A DNA stretch of 64,000 bases from Phoronis australis. Taxonomy: Eukaryota; Animalia; Phoronida. The stretch is from contig NMRA01000010.1 of the NCBI GenBank assembly GCA_002633005.1, positions 1,522,982 through 1,586,981 of the forward strand, in the 5' to 3' direction. Positions 44,127-58,100 of this stretch are shown one piece after another. Each line of letters opens with the position of its first letter. Position 1 is the stretch's first letter. Both the position numbers and the translations under genes were made by a program. Under the pieces are notes generated by a model, which was given only the letters and a program-made list of their open reading frames with translations, had not been told where the DNA came from and searched no databases.

Positions 44127-47100
44127 AGATATCCGCACAGAAGGGACGGCAGCTTCATCGGGTTGATGAGGCAGGGTTAAGGGACGACGGGCATGCGGCA
44201 TAACATAAACATTTTTTCATAGAACAGTTCATGGTTTGTAAAAAAATGGTTCTAGGGTTCAAAGGCGAAATACCAGCTTTTGAATGTGAAACATCGTTAC
44301 GGTGCTTTGTACTTCTCAACATTCCAAAATCGAAAGGGGAATCCTTTGTATGAACTCACGTAAGAAACGTCTAGGATACGACACTACGAACACGTTTCAT
44401 TACTTCATGAAATGTTGTAAAGCGGTCGACAGTAAACAACATAGTCCCACACAAGGGTAAACTGAAAAGGTTTAGCCTATCACTAGTAGCTATAACAGTC
44501 ATAAAAAAGAAAAACAAGTCCCGCATATTTGGCTGTCTTAGGTGAATTTCATTTTTTGAAAAAGTGAGGTTTAACTAATAAATCACCCCACTGCCAACTC
44601 GATATTCCATAAAAATGGAGACCAGGACAGAGACCAATCATGCTTTGTTTGACATAATATCCCTTAGCGGCCCAGTCTTCTCCAACTGGGTCGTCCCGGA
44701 TTATACAGCGTCACTCGAATCTCGCAGTATTAACTCACATGTCACATGTCATTTGTTGTCTGATTCTTTACAAATTTTTCTCGGTTGTTTTACTCTATAC
44801 GGGCTTCCAATTAATGCCTACGAGGCATCACTGCTGTGCTACGGTCCGCAACTCCGACGTGAAAAAGTTTGATAAACGGGGATGCGTGATCTGAAATTTT
44901 TCGTCTTCACAACGTCAATGAGAGACCCGAAAATGTGTCTGATTTCCACAAATAAATGACGCACTTTCTTATCACTAGGATAGAGGACAGTTCTCTCGCA
45001 GTGTTCTTAAACACCCTAATTCACGCAACCCGATCACCACCGGTGCTTTAGAAAAATACAAAATGACACCACTGAGATGAAATATTTTTTAAACAAAATA
45101 GAACGTATATAAATAAACGGTGTTCTTTGTAGACTGGAATAACCCCTGACAGTCAGACGTTCCCTACAGCATTCTCTATTCAATGGCCATGGAGAACTAA
45201 GTGAGATGGAGGTACTTACTGTAGTTATTGTATAATACACGTTTGGTACCACCATTTTGAGGTCTATATGCATAACACCCCCAATTACCCAATCCCAATT
45301 AAACACTTTTACGCCTGAAACCCCTAGCTTCTAAAACAGTTGCCACCACTGCTCTCATACTTACCAATACATTAATTAAAGAGACAAAAATGTAGACAGT
45401 AGTTCTAAACATGCTCAGTATCAGTAATGCTGAAACATATTGACCCTACATGCGGGGATCCAGGGGGGGTTCTTGGGGCTCCAACGAGCCCACCTCCACC
45501 CCATTTGCCAAAGTTGGCAAAGAGATCCGCCTCAGACTCGAACAATTACTCTTAGACAACAGATGAAAATCCACTAAAAAGGGTGTGAATGCTCAAGCCA
45601 TGACTCTGCACTTGTTTTTTTTAGTCCCCCCATATTTCTGCTAGTAAAAAGTCCACGTTGTTGAAGGCTCCAGCCCCCTATATTTGAGGCTGGGTGCGCA
45701 CATGCTCTATGGTCTACTTAACATTGCACACGGACACACCAATATCATTACACTATAAGTAGTTTTGTTGTTTACACAGGCATTTGTGGTTGCCAGAAGT
45801 GATCGATATTGATCCCACTGTCAGATTCAGTTGATGTCAAATGCCTTGTGGCAAGGTGCTTTAAACCAAGAACCTAAACAAACACACAATTTAGTTTGTA
45901 TAAATAGTGCTCTAGATAAAGAACACAATTCAGGTCAGGTATGATATACTGTAGTTCGACTATCAAAAAATGTGCGATCGCCGAAAGAAATGCAGTTTAT
46001 AAAAAAGTGATCGAGTAATGTTGCTGGGAATATGAACAAAAAAAAGGATCGTACGATCACAGACGGGTTTCGTGACATCATAGTTTCATTATCGATTTGA
46101 TGATCGTCTGGGATTTTCCAGGTTGCGACATCATGTGGTTGAGCAGCAACCAGGCATGCGGGTGACTTAGCATAGCGATTAGCGCCGTGCAAGCATTTAG
46201 CTACACTACTTTCTTCCCCGGCCGGTTTCAGACGCGTACTGTACGATTTGCTTATCATTGCCTTGACGCTGATAAGTGCTATTTATTCTGTCTCGTTATG
46301 AAGAGAAGAAATTGTGTGGATACCGTAGACTTAGGCTACATCAAAACTAGATTACATCGATCATTTCGACTTCTGTGCTATCTTTTAAGCACTATTGTCT
46401 CAAGCATAATTTCTGCCGCAAATGAACACACTCAAAAACACAGAATGACCTAGTGCGGCCAAACAAGCGCATTGGGGCAAGCGGCGAACACACATAATTC
46501 AGTCCACACAGGTATTTCCTTTGTTGTGTGCTTATGGTACATATACGCACAATGCAACAATTATGAACAGCAATTGCACATACAATTGATGGTCACATGA
46601 CTTTGTCCACCCTCTTTCGAAACCATTGCAACAACAATAATTGCTTCATCTTTGGGGTCAGTCCAATTCGTTTTGGTAATAGCATATATCTGACCGCATG
46701 AATACTTATGTTACATGGCTACTTATACATAGTTCTATGTATACTACTTTCATCTATGTTCTGTGTACAACCTAGAATAAATGTATTGATGCTCATTGTG
46801 AAAAATCTTTTGCGTGTCTAATTCGTTTTGTGATATCAATGAGACGATGACAAATTTGCACACTAGAATGAAAATGATGAGCTGAACTGATACTGGTGTA
46901 CATCTCCATATAGGCCCTAGTTGACGTTGACCGAAATTAAACGATGGCCCTCTTGGGATATATTAAAAAGACCCATTTCTGTTAGAAATCAGCAGCAAGG
47001 TCGTAAGCGAGTAAGAAGAGAGTACTGACTCCTGAGTTTATGATCCGTGATAAAGGACCGACTCTGTATGTATTGTGCGCTAAGGTTGTTATTTCTTTTC

Positions 47101-48842
47101 ACCGCAATCGGTGGACATGAAAAATTATACACGTTGGATCCATTCACGTTTTCATGATAGATAAGCTTGACGTACACTTAAGGAATACAGTCTGATACAA
47201 GTATACATCTCAGTAATGCTGGAAAGCAGGGCCAGTGTTGTGGACCATGTACAGTCCGGATACCTATCGTCGTCAGGCTCCAACAAAAGGTCGTCCGCCA
47301 TCTTCTTTCGCGTGCCGTGCAGCCACGCGGGACTTAGCGTTCCAATTTGGAGTGCTCGTCTGCACGTTAGGTACCAACCTCTCGGGAGAAACACGCATGG
47401 AAGAACTGAGACTAAAATTAATGCATTTACCGACTGTTTTTTTTTTTTTGAGACCACTCGAAAACTTGTAGAATTTACTAATGCACTTTTTTGTTCATTT
47501 TCAGAAGATATTTTCGAAATTAAATTTTCTTCAGACGGAACAAAAACCTACCCAGATATTGTTTATGCAATGTATCTATTTGTCCCAGGCACCAACCGAC
47601 ACCCGTTAGGCCAAAGGAAAAACGCAGCAGACAAATGGAACACGGTGGGTGCTTAACAGTTTCGGCCCACGCCTTGGTCATCAAAATATTGTCCACGTGT
47701 TTTTTATTGCAAAACAAAGTACTGAGCTCAACATTTATGTTGAAATTTTTGGTTAAAGCATTTTGAGTTGATTTGAAGAAAATTAAAATACTTGAATTGA
47801 TAGAGAATGGCCACCAATAAAGTAAAACATTGACTTTATTTCACTATATTGCATTGTTACATACAACACAGCATGACATAAACAAAAATAAACGAAGAGA
47901 TTGAGCAATAAAATGCAAACTTGGGTGTTTATTTATTTATTTATGATTGCAGAAGCCTGTTAAAGGTGAGAAAATATCAAACAATACGATATTGGTTAAT
48001 TTATTAGAACAATTGTATCGAGGTTCAATGATCAACTTGCACCGACAAAGTCTCAAAGGGTTACAGTTCTGTTTTGGCTGACAAGGTGTTAACAGAGAAT
48101 GAAGAAAAACTGAAAAGAAAAAGAAAGACAGCAGAGATAAGTGGTGTTAAGAACAACAAGAGCAAAATGTCAAATAAAGAGGACACAAATAGAAAAAAGT
48201 AAGGTCTATCTGGAATAAAGCAATTGCGATTTATTTTCCAGAACTGAAATTCTAAATCAATTTTAATCGATTTAAAAATCGATATCATACTAGTAAAACA
48301 TTTTGTGGTAGTAATAGAATTGCTGTAAACCACTTTCCACTATTTTCTTGGCCTTTTTCTGTGTGGTTTTCTGTTCTTTCAAAAGGCGGCAGCATATGAC
48401 GACCATAGGAGTCATTATAAAATGGCTGCCGAAAAGCAATGCACAGTTCAAACAACTCGGCATAAATAAAAGAAAACATTTGAATCAACTAATACTATGG
48501 ATTTGTGAGAGTCAAATCAAGTTCTATGCAGAGCATAACTTTGAAGTGGAATAATTGGGTGAGTACGACAACAAGCCGGTTTTGCTTAGGCGAACGACCA
48601 TTGGGTTCCCGAGTATAAGTGTAACGGCTATTTTGTACAGAAAACAATGAATCGAGATAAAGAACGAGTACTGTAGCACGACAGGAAAATATGTATGTAC
48701 GTACCTCAGATTGACACAGTTACACGTGAATGATTATGCCAGTAAATGTATTCAAAGGATATTCCTGTAAATAACATCCATCGAAGGACCGCAACAGCCA
48801 GCATTTCTTCAAAACTGGCTTATCTCGAGCGCTTTGTTGTCA

Positions 48843-48927
48843 GATTTCTTCGAAATCGTGACGTCATTGGAAATTCCCAACTTACGCCATCACAGCCCAA
48901 TCAGCGAGCCAGAATCACGGGATTTCC
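48843..48927 (+). promoter_or_regulatory. Gene C promoter module: GAS - CRE - kB - CCAAT - kB
   Basis: TTCTTCGAA (48846-48854), TGACGTCA (48859-48866), GGAAATTCCC (48869-48878; reverse complement GGGAATTTCC), CCAATCAGCGAGC (48897-48909), GGGATTTCC (48919-48927); 60-140 bp upstream of ATG 48985. Confidence 0.8.
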
Positions 48928-48984
48928 AAGGTGGTACTTCGATCTTCATCTCGCTGAAGCAGATTAGGTTCGAAGGTGTCGACA

Positions 48985-49192
48985 ATGTCGGAAGAAACCC
49001 GGCAATCTATCGACACTGGTGAACATGTATATGAGAATGCTGTGCTGGTCAGCAATATTCAAAATCTTTCTGAGGAGCAGTTAACAATCTACTTCCAGAG
49101 TGAGTCGAAAAGTGGAGGCGGGGAAGTCGCAGTGAACGGTTTCAGACGCTTACACGATGACTGCGCGGTTGTGATTTTTCGCGGAAACTGCA
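48985..49192 (+). CDS. Gene C exon 1 (extra N-terminal RRM)
   Basis: MSEETRQ...AVLVSNIQNLSEEQLTIYFQSESKSGGGEVAVNGFRRLHDDCAVVIF; GTGAGT donor, phase 1. Confidence 0.85.
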
Positions 49193-52100
49193 GTGAGTAG
49201 ACGGTGAAACTTTTTTAGTTTGTTTTTCTTTAGTTGATCAGATATAGGCTAGCATTGAAAGGGGAAAAGCTGTACATGGCAGCCTTGCCAGTCCTCGGTT
49301 GGATACTAGCGAATCTACTGAAACTTCGGTCGCCTATGTCCCGTTAGAACTGGGTAGTTGGTTGTTAAAAAGACGAAGTAGGGGAGCCGAGCTAATGTTA
49401 CCCTGGCGTCATGATCCAACATATTTGTCGCTAAGAGGTGGCGCTTCACATCAATCACGTTCACACCCGCTATCAGTGACGTAGCAGTGTGAGCCCTCTC
49501 GCTGGTTCCTACGTGCCTAGCCTGAGCCAGCACGCAAGTATCACGCAGTGGCACGCGCTTTAGCATTTTAGCATTGGTTGATGTAACCTCGACAGTCATT
49601 GGTTAGCTTTACAACGTCTCTGTTAAAAAGTGGCGCTAATTAAACAATGGATTTAGAGACAAAAGAAACATGGCGGCTAGGGCGAATACCAAGCGCCATC
49701 TATATGTCATAATTCTCTAATGAACGATCCTTAGTGGCGTCGCAGCAACACTGATGCGCTCACCGGCCAAGCCTTCGTATGAGGGGCTCGAATTTCTGGA
49801 CCTTTTGGTAACAAAACGGCGAGAGGACTAAAAAAAAAAACGGGACCACCACTGTGAATTGCGTGTCTGTGCTTGTTTAGTGAACTTTTGTCTCATTTTC
49901 TCGGACTTTTTGTCTCTCAGGGGCGGACCTTTTTGCCCACTTCGCCAAATGGGGGGGCTCCTTCAAGCCCCCCCCGAGCCCCCCCCCTGGGTGCGCGCAG
50001 GAGCAACTAAGTTGTTTCTGCAGTGATGTTTAATAGCCGCATGCTTGATCGAAGCACATACATGTGCAATAAACCCAGTGGCCCATTTAACCGGCGTGTT
50101 ATTCACCGTAACAGGACGGTATCGTAAACAAAAGATGTGCACTCCGAATAGGTGCAATCACAATTTCTAGGATTCACATTTCTTGAACATGACGAATTTT
50201 AAGTACCGATTTGTCTGTACAAACCACATATACACTTAAGTCCATCAGCCACTGAGTACTAGTTTGTTCGCGTAAAGCGCTGCCTAATGAGAATTCGACT
50301 AGCCCAATCACAAACGCCGGTGTAAAAAAAAATTCCCAAGGAAAGTTAAGTGATAACTGCGTGCTGGCTACTTGCCATATAGCAGCACGTAGGGACACAG
50401 CGAGTGTGAGCCCTGGGAACGTGGCCAGTCTTTTCACAATGCTAAAACCTCGGTAAAAAGCTCGACTTCGTGAGATTACGCTAGAGAATGCCCTTCATTA
50501 TAAATGAGAACACGTGATTTTGGCTGATTTTAGGTAGGTACTAGCGCATAGGTCCTAGCGTTACTCACTGAACGCACGTCAGGTTATCACGCCGTTTTGT
50601 TGCTTTACCTACGTCTATGGAAGTGCCGGGAAGAAGCATGCAATTTCAGATTGACAATTAATTTGATCAGTAAGGTGGCTGTGCACATAACTGTCACAAA
50701 CTGCTCCTGCAGGCTGCAGCTGTAAACTTAATATACGATCAAATAATGCTACCGAAATTTAAAGCACAATAAAACAAACATTTGTGTGCAATGATAATCT
50801 GACTCGTATTATACAATATGGTTAGCGTAAGAATTCGCAACATCTCGAATTTCCATTGTCCTCTGCAGTCTGACTTCGGGCAATATTGTAACAAATTTTG
50901 TATCTCTTGCGCTAATGCGTTTAACTTTTTTGACAGCAATTGCGTTGTAACGCCGTCTTAGGTAAGCTCAAGAATTACTTAAGGAATGACAAATATTCAG
51001 TCAATTCCCTTCTTACAGTTAGCTCTAAAATTCCGACATTTATTCTGAATGAGATCATTATATACTTGCAATCCACGGTCCTTTATTTCATGTTTATTCA
51101 AATTTTTAATAGTTGACATTCTACTGTTTGGTATCCATTATCATCTGTTGCTTGTTAAGCTGAAGTAAAATTGTGATTGTAGGTGTACTCATCATTTTTA
51201 TATTATCATAACTCACTGTAGTTGAAACTTAATTCTTGGTAAAAATGAGATTTCTAGTAAAAAGGCTACATTTGGCAGTACGTATACTTCCTGCCTTTAA
51301 CTTGGAAAATTGATGTCAGTGATGCAGGTGACAGAACGAGGATTGATGGAAATGATTAAAACAGTGTTTATTATCCTCTTTAACGTATGATCAGACCAGC
51401 TTTGCAACCATGCAGATGAAATACGATAAACACCTTATTGTTTGGGTTCCAAGCTCGGCTTAAACTGCAAAGCTTTTTTATTGTTGCAGTCCAACAGCGT
51501 GTTTTAGGCCGAGATCATGAGCTGTTCGGATATCGTCTGAAAGTAGAACCTTGTCCCAAGCTGCAGAGTGGCGCCTTGGTAAGTTACTTTTCTCATACGA
51601 TGGAACGTTTTGGTGTTCAACTATAAACCCTGTTTCTTGCAGGTCTTGAAAGTCTCAATTTGCAGTCACACACTATTTTCCCACTCTACCAATCACACCC
51701 ACATGCTTTGACTCATCCACACGGCCCATTTACTAACCACAATTATCTAACAAGCAAACTCTATAGTGTATACTCCAAAACAGCAACAATTAAGTTAAAA
51801 CTTGAAACTTTTCTGGCAAAGCACTATTGGTTGAGAGAACACATTGGTTTGTTTACGGACTAATTACAGGAGGCTCAGCCGACCTATAGCTTATGGGGAA
51901 AACCATTAGTTGGTGGACTTCCCTTTAACCAGCAACAGTTGGGAGGAAATTCATGGTCTAAGCCACCACCACAGATTCCCGTCACTAGCACTGACCTTTT
52001 GGGGGTCCATCACATGGTAGGATCATCTGACATGTCTCACAACGCACCAATCTTTGGTACCGCCCTAAGCTCCTGCAGCAATGTCCACTCTAAAGCAAAG

Positions 52101-55100
52101 GACTTCGCACTTCAAACGTCACTGGCTCATGCATCGACAGGGCAAGTTAAGCAAGGTAAGGTCTCAACTAGATCAAACCTTTCCGTCGTGCAAGCATTTG
52201 CTGGCTTTCATGACATTTATACTTGCACACGCAAAGCAATATTGGTGGCAAAAGTTTCTGTTCCAGTGCTCATTTGGAGATAGTGTTTGGCAATCTGGGA
52301 AAATCCCAAGTCGTCATGAAGGGCACACGTTACGGCCCGATTATTTTAACAATTCTACTAGCTATTTTTAACATCACTTAAAACCAATAAGTAGTATGGT
52401 TACAAAAGCACTTCTTGTTGGTTAACACTTACCGGCCACAGCGCCTGGGCTTTTACGATCGCGGTTTCTTCTGTTTACAAATTGGGGAACAGAGGTGTGT
52501 GTGTGTGTGGTGGAAATTAGTAACATTCTTTATCAATTAGTTATGACATTGCGAACTACAAAACTACATGTAAATCCACCATTGGTAACTTTTCATTGTT
52601 TGAACGCAAAAAAGAATATAAAACTGCTGTTCCTTTGCTGATAAATATGTCCCAAGTACCAACATCTATTGTGTAACCTTAGCAACATTGAAGCAACTTG
52701 ACTTCTGTATGTCACTGCTTGTCATAGTGATCTTAAGTCACCCAAACATCAAATGGATGTCTATTTCGAAACGCGTGCTCAGCCACATTGTCTTTCGCTA
52801 GCTTATCAAAATCACAATGTTGCCGTATACAGTATGTGTGCATAAGTGTTAAAACAGTCCAACTGTACTGCTAGACATTTGACCCCAGCGAGAGAAATCA
52901 TCTTTCTTGTTGTTACTGTAGCTGCAGCACCATCCCATGGATGTGTTTTACCACCTCCAGGTTTTCAAGAACTGCTTCCAACCCGTAAGTTATTCACTAC
53001 TTTCCTGCCTTTTCATCTATGAGTGTTGTTTTTGTAATATAAGTGACCTCATTATGTGATACAGGGGAAACATTGGGATATTATGATTGGTTAGAAATAA
53101 CATTTGGACATTCCAATTGGATAATGTTAAGAAGTGATTCTGTATCCTGCAAGATTCAGAACATACATCTCAAAAATGTCTTATATGGGATTCCTAAAAC
53201 AATTCCGATAATCTGCTTGATGCGCTGATCTCTAAAACGCAGCTATGAAATTGGTCCACTTTTACATACGTCTTTCAAAAATAGGACTTTATGATTGCAA
53301 AATACTACCAGGAATGAGATACGATTCGTCCTTTTATTTAATTCACACGATTTTACGCATTTTGGGACCCACTTCTTCACTTGTAAAATCAATGAAGAAA
53401 AATCAAAAGTTGCATAAAACCAAATTGAAATCGGAGATTTATAATTCAGGCAACAGCAATTTTAGACTTCATCTTACCAAATTTGGTCATGGTATTGATT
53501 TTAATAAAAGGATATGATTATGTGACCTAATCGTTGGCACATTGGAATAAAGTCAAAAACCAAAATTTACTGGCCTTCTGCTCTCAGCAAATGTCTTTCT
53601 TGGTTTAAATTCTAAAGTTATTAAGGTATTTGACTGAATGCAGGTCTTGTTGATAAGGACCTACATAACATTAATCTTTGTGTTTCACATAGCTAGGCAT
53701 CAAGTAAAACACGAACCCGATTTGTTATATTTTTACGGCTCACTCCCGGGCCTTACATTTTCGACAAACTTTCAAACTGAAGCACTAATGATCTGCAGCA
53801 AGTCGTGTATTTTAGGTCTCAACATTCCCCTTGAATGTGAATGTTTTATGCGCACTTGCGGACTTCAGCTTGTATTAGTCACATGACATGTCATACAACT
53901 GAAACGAACTCAAGCGCAGGTATCAGTCACGTACGAGGGTACAACTAATGCTGCGAAAATACCAGGTGGCACTGGTGAGAGAGGTTACCTGGGTAACTGA
54001 GTTTAAACTACTTCTTGGGTCTCTTATCTTACACAAAAGTAATCTCCAAAATAGTGGTTAACTTTTCTATTTTAAAATTAAGGCTGCTTACTCTGCTGCT
54101 AATAATGGAAACTTTACCAAATGTTGACAAAATTGACAGAGTATAATTCACGTGTCGGCCATATGTTTTTGTCGGCCATATTGTGTGCTAATTAAGTGCA
54201 GAATGTGCTGTATCAGCCGGTTCGATAAATCGACCCCAATGTTCACTATGCCCAGCTTATCTGTTTTCATGACAAATAAGCAATATATATCTGCTTTTTA
54301 ATGAATGCATGCCCGCACCCAGCCTAAAAAATGGGGGCTCGAATTTTAGAGGATGTGGAACTTTTACTAAGATTCACGGGGTATGCTCTGAGCTATGAAT
54401 TGTGCATTCGCCAAATTTTCGGTAGTTCCTTCCTTTTTAGTAGACTGTTGTCTCGTATTCTACTTTTTTCAGAATTTTTGTTTCTCCGAGGCGGACATTT
54501 TTGTCCCCCCCCTTGGCTGTGCTAATGTTTTAAAATTTGTGTAGTCTAACTTTGTAATTGTACCTTTATTTATTTAAAATCTGCACCGCAAGCGTACTTT
54601 CACTAATCCGGTGAAATGTTGCCGAAAAGTCAGTTTTCATGTACCATTTAGTAGTTAATTTTCCTATACCTGTCATAGACAGGGTCTTGGAACACTGGTC
54701 TCCACTCCAGAGGGCTACTATGTTACTTAAAACAGTTCTTTCTGATTAGGAGCCGGTTTTTCAACTGTCCCTAATGATTAGAGTCTCATCACCATCAGCT
54801 GAAAATTTCCCGCAGTGTTGTTTTTTGAGGAAGGCTCTTGTAAAAACCTGATGTCAGAAACCTTTGTGTGTTACTATAAGGTTGTGTCATTGCGTGTTGT
54901 ATCTTGCTCCTTAGAACCCTAATGTTTTTCTAGACATTCCCCGTCTCATTGAAGTGAGTGGGGTTGGAGAAGTTGTCACAAAGGAAATGATTGAACTGTA
55001 TTTTGAGAATAAGAAGAAGTCAGGTGGCGGAGACATCAAGGATATACAGTTTGATTCCAAAAAGAAGAAAGCTATGGTGGAGTTTAACGATCCAACGGGT

Positions 55101-58100
55101 AAGTCGAAATAGTTCATGTTCCTGTAAGAGGTAAACCTGTGATTTTGCACGTTTAGTATCATTTTAGTCACTTTCATTGAGTATTCATTATTTATATGTT
55201 ACTTGCATGTCTACGTTTTGTAGTCGTCGACTCGGTGTTGAGCAAAGCTGATCACACAATCATGGGTAAAAAGCTTAAAGTTATGCTGTACGTTCCAAAA
55301 CCAAGGACAGCTGTTCGCGTAACAGGAATGAGTAAAGACACATCACTGGAAACTCTGGAGCTCTATTTTGAAAACCCAAAGAAATCGCATGGGGGTGACA
55401 TAGTAAATAAATGGATGAATGACGAGCGAACTGTGGCTGTGATCGATTATGGATCAGTGAAAGGTTTGAAGGGTTTTAGATTCAGAATTTCAAGAAACTA
55501 ATGTCGCGAATACTGATTTCCACTTGAGTTGCTACTAATGTGATATCAAAAAGTTTTAAGCTATGTTTAGATAGCAGCACTTGTGTCATTTCACCCAGTT
55601 GTACATTACTAGTATTTTGTAGGAATATACGCTGAATAATTAGACTCTTTAAAGAACCTTATTTTTATAATGCCTAGTACACTACAATTTGTTCATCAAA
55701 TTAAAGGTGTTGAAGATTTATTCCAAGATAATTTGTATTACTTCACTTGTAGTTGCGGAACGAGTTGCCGAAAAAGTAGAGCACATTTTCCTCAAGGCTT
55801 CGCTAACTGTCGTCCAATGTAGTCCAGACGAAGAGATAGATGTGGAACAGATGAGTTCAGAGGGCGACGGCCCTCTTTGTGAAGAAAGTGTTGCCATATC
55901 TGAAGCCCCTCCTATGACTGCAGTTCGAATAGTCAACTTTGACCCAAAAACACCTGACGAAATTTTAGAGCTTTTCTTTGAGAACCAAAAGAAGTGTGGT
56001 GGGAGCGACATTCTAAGTCTCCGTGTAAACGACGAGCGAACTGTGGCTGTCGTCGACTATGGATCAGAAGAAGGTACATGTATAGTGTAGATACCTATTC
56101 ATAATTTGTTATCTATAGCGTTATGCTGAATGTACTGAGTTTTATTGTTTGATTCGTTGTATAATACTAATTATTTTCTTTACCATACAGTTGCCAGAAA
56201 CGTCGCTGACTATCCTGAATTGATACTTGATGAAACTGTGCTAACCGCGGAATTGTGTTCTCCCGATGACCCCATGGAAAATAGTTCGTCTGACATTGAA
56301 TTCGTCCTGGAGGTTTCTGGCTTCAAACAGTCCACATCTGAAGCAAACATTAAACAATTCTTTGAGAACAAGAAACGATCGGGCGGTGGTCCACTAGCAT
56401 CAATGGAGCCCGTTGAAGATGGCTCGACAAGGACCTACAGACTTTCATTCCAGAACACATATGGTACGTTATGGTAGAAACTAATATTATACCAGATCAT
56501 TTACTTAATACCTATTACAGCCTCTTCAAAGGAATGAGAGACCAGTTCAGGTAATGTTCAAAAGGTATATCAGAAATCAAATTACTTAAAGTGTTAGCAC
56601 TAAATGAAGATACGTAAATAAAGTATTTGATACGAGTTACAAATATTCATGAAAATTGCATAAACTTCGTCGAAAACACGACTAGACTTTGTGTTTGAAA
56701 GCTTGATATTGCTTCGCTGGCAGTTTCGGAATAATCTCCTTTCTTCAGGTGTGCAGCTATGTAGTAAACACGTCACTTCGTCATGAAAAACAACCTCAGT
56801 CGTAAAGACTTATGACCAGTGGCCAAATCTAATGTCGTAATTCGCAAATGAATTCACATGTCATATGGAGGAATGTCTTCATTCTCGTGATCAGCGTTAC
56901 ATTGTACGCACAGTGTGTTCTCTCGCGACGGTTGTCCATGCACTTGCAGGGGGGTCTATTCAAGATCATTTTGTACAACAACATGGTCGAAAAATTACTA
57001 GGCAAGAAATAGCTACTTATTCCCTGATGACGAGACGTGCAGTCTCGAAATATAGCTAGTCTTTTAATTTGTTTGTTTATTTATTTGTTTTTTTGTTTGT
57101 TTGTTTGTTATCTTTTGCTGTTTTACTACATAGCTGCACACCTGAAGAAAAGATATTATTCCGATAGCGAGAGCAAACCAGTATCACGCTTGCAAACAAA
57201 AAGTCATGTTTTCAACGAAGTTTGTGTAAACGAAGGGCTGCTACCAAACTATATGGAAATTACATCGTACCTATTTGAGCCAGGAGGTTGAAACGAGTTA
57301 AGCAGTATTGTCCTGAACGTCTTACCAACTCCAGTATCTGTTTTGGAAGGTGGGGCGTAGGGCGAGTTATTGACATTAGTCTGGTGGCCATTGCTTTACG
57401 TTATTTGCCGCAATTGATTTTTGGCTTCCAAGATGCATTTTTATACTGAACTTGGAAATACACATATTAGAGGAGTGGTTGTTTTTCTAAACAACTTGGC
57501 CATTACTTAACTAGGTATCTCTACTTTTTATAGATGCCCAGTGCGTTCTTAAAAAGAAGGTGCTCAAGTTGGAATCGGTGAATCTGGATGTTGTCGTAAG
57601 TGGCACAAAACCCAAGCAAGTAACTCACAGCGCTTCGCGGCACACCATTGAACAAGAAGAAGAAATACCTCCTCCAGTCAAAACAATTCGAGTCAGTAAG
57701 TTGCCAGAGAAAACATCGCGTGATCTCTTGGAGAATTACTTTGAAAACAGACGCAAATCTGGTGGAGGAAAAGTGGAGAAGATAGAACTGGAGGAAATCA
57801 AAGGAACAGCTTTAGTGACCTTTGCTGAAGCATCAGGTAAGAAAGTAGTGCGTACAAGTAAACGAAGTAGACTGCTTGTACTGATATGATATATCTTTTT
57901 ACATTCATCAGATGTTTGTCTTCTGTTAAAGGGGTACTAAACTCAGTTTCGTCCTATTAACAGATAGCAAAAGCTTTCCCATCCAATTCTCTGCAACCAA
58001 ATAAGGCTGTGTAACCCTCGACAACCCACAACAGTTTGGAGGAAATCATAAAAACAGGGTTCAGTATCCTTTTAAGCAACAGTGAATTGATTGAACCGAT

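Noticed and set aside
45000-48700. Short ORFs in the B-C intergenic region as a possible fourth gene
   Set aside because: No recognisable domains or coherent splice chain; appears to be repeat fragments and non-coding DNA.
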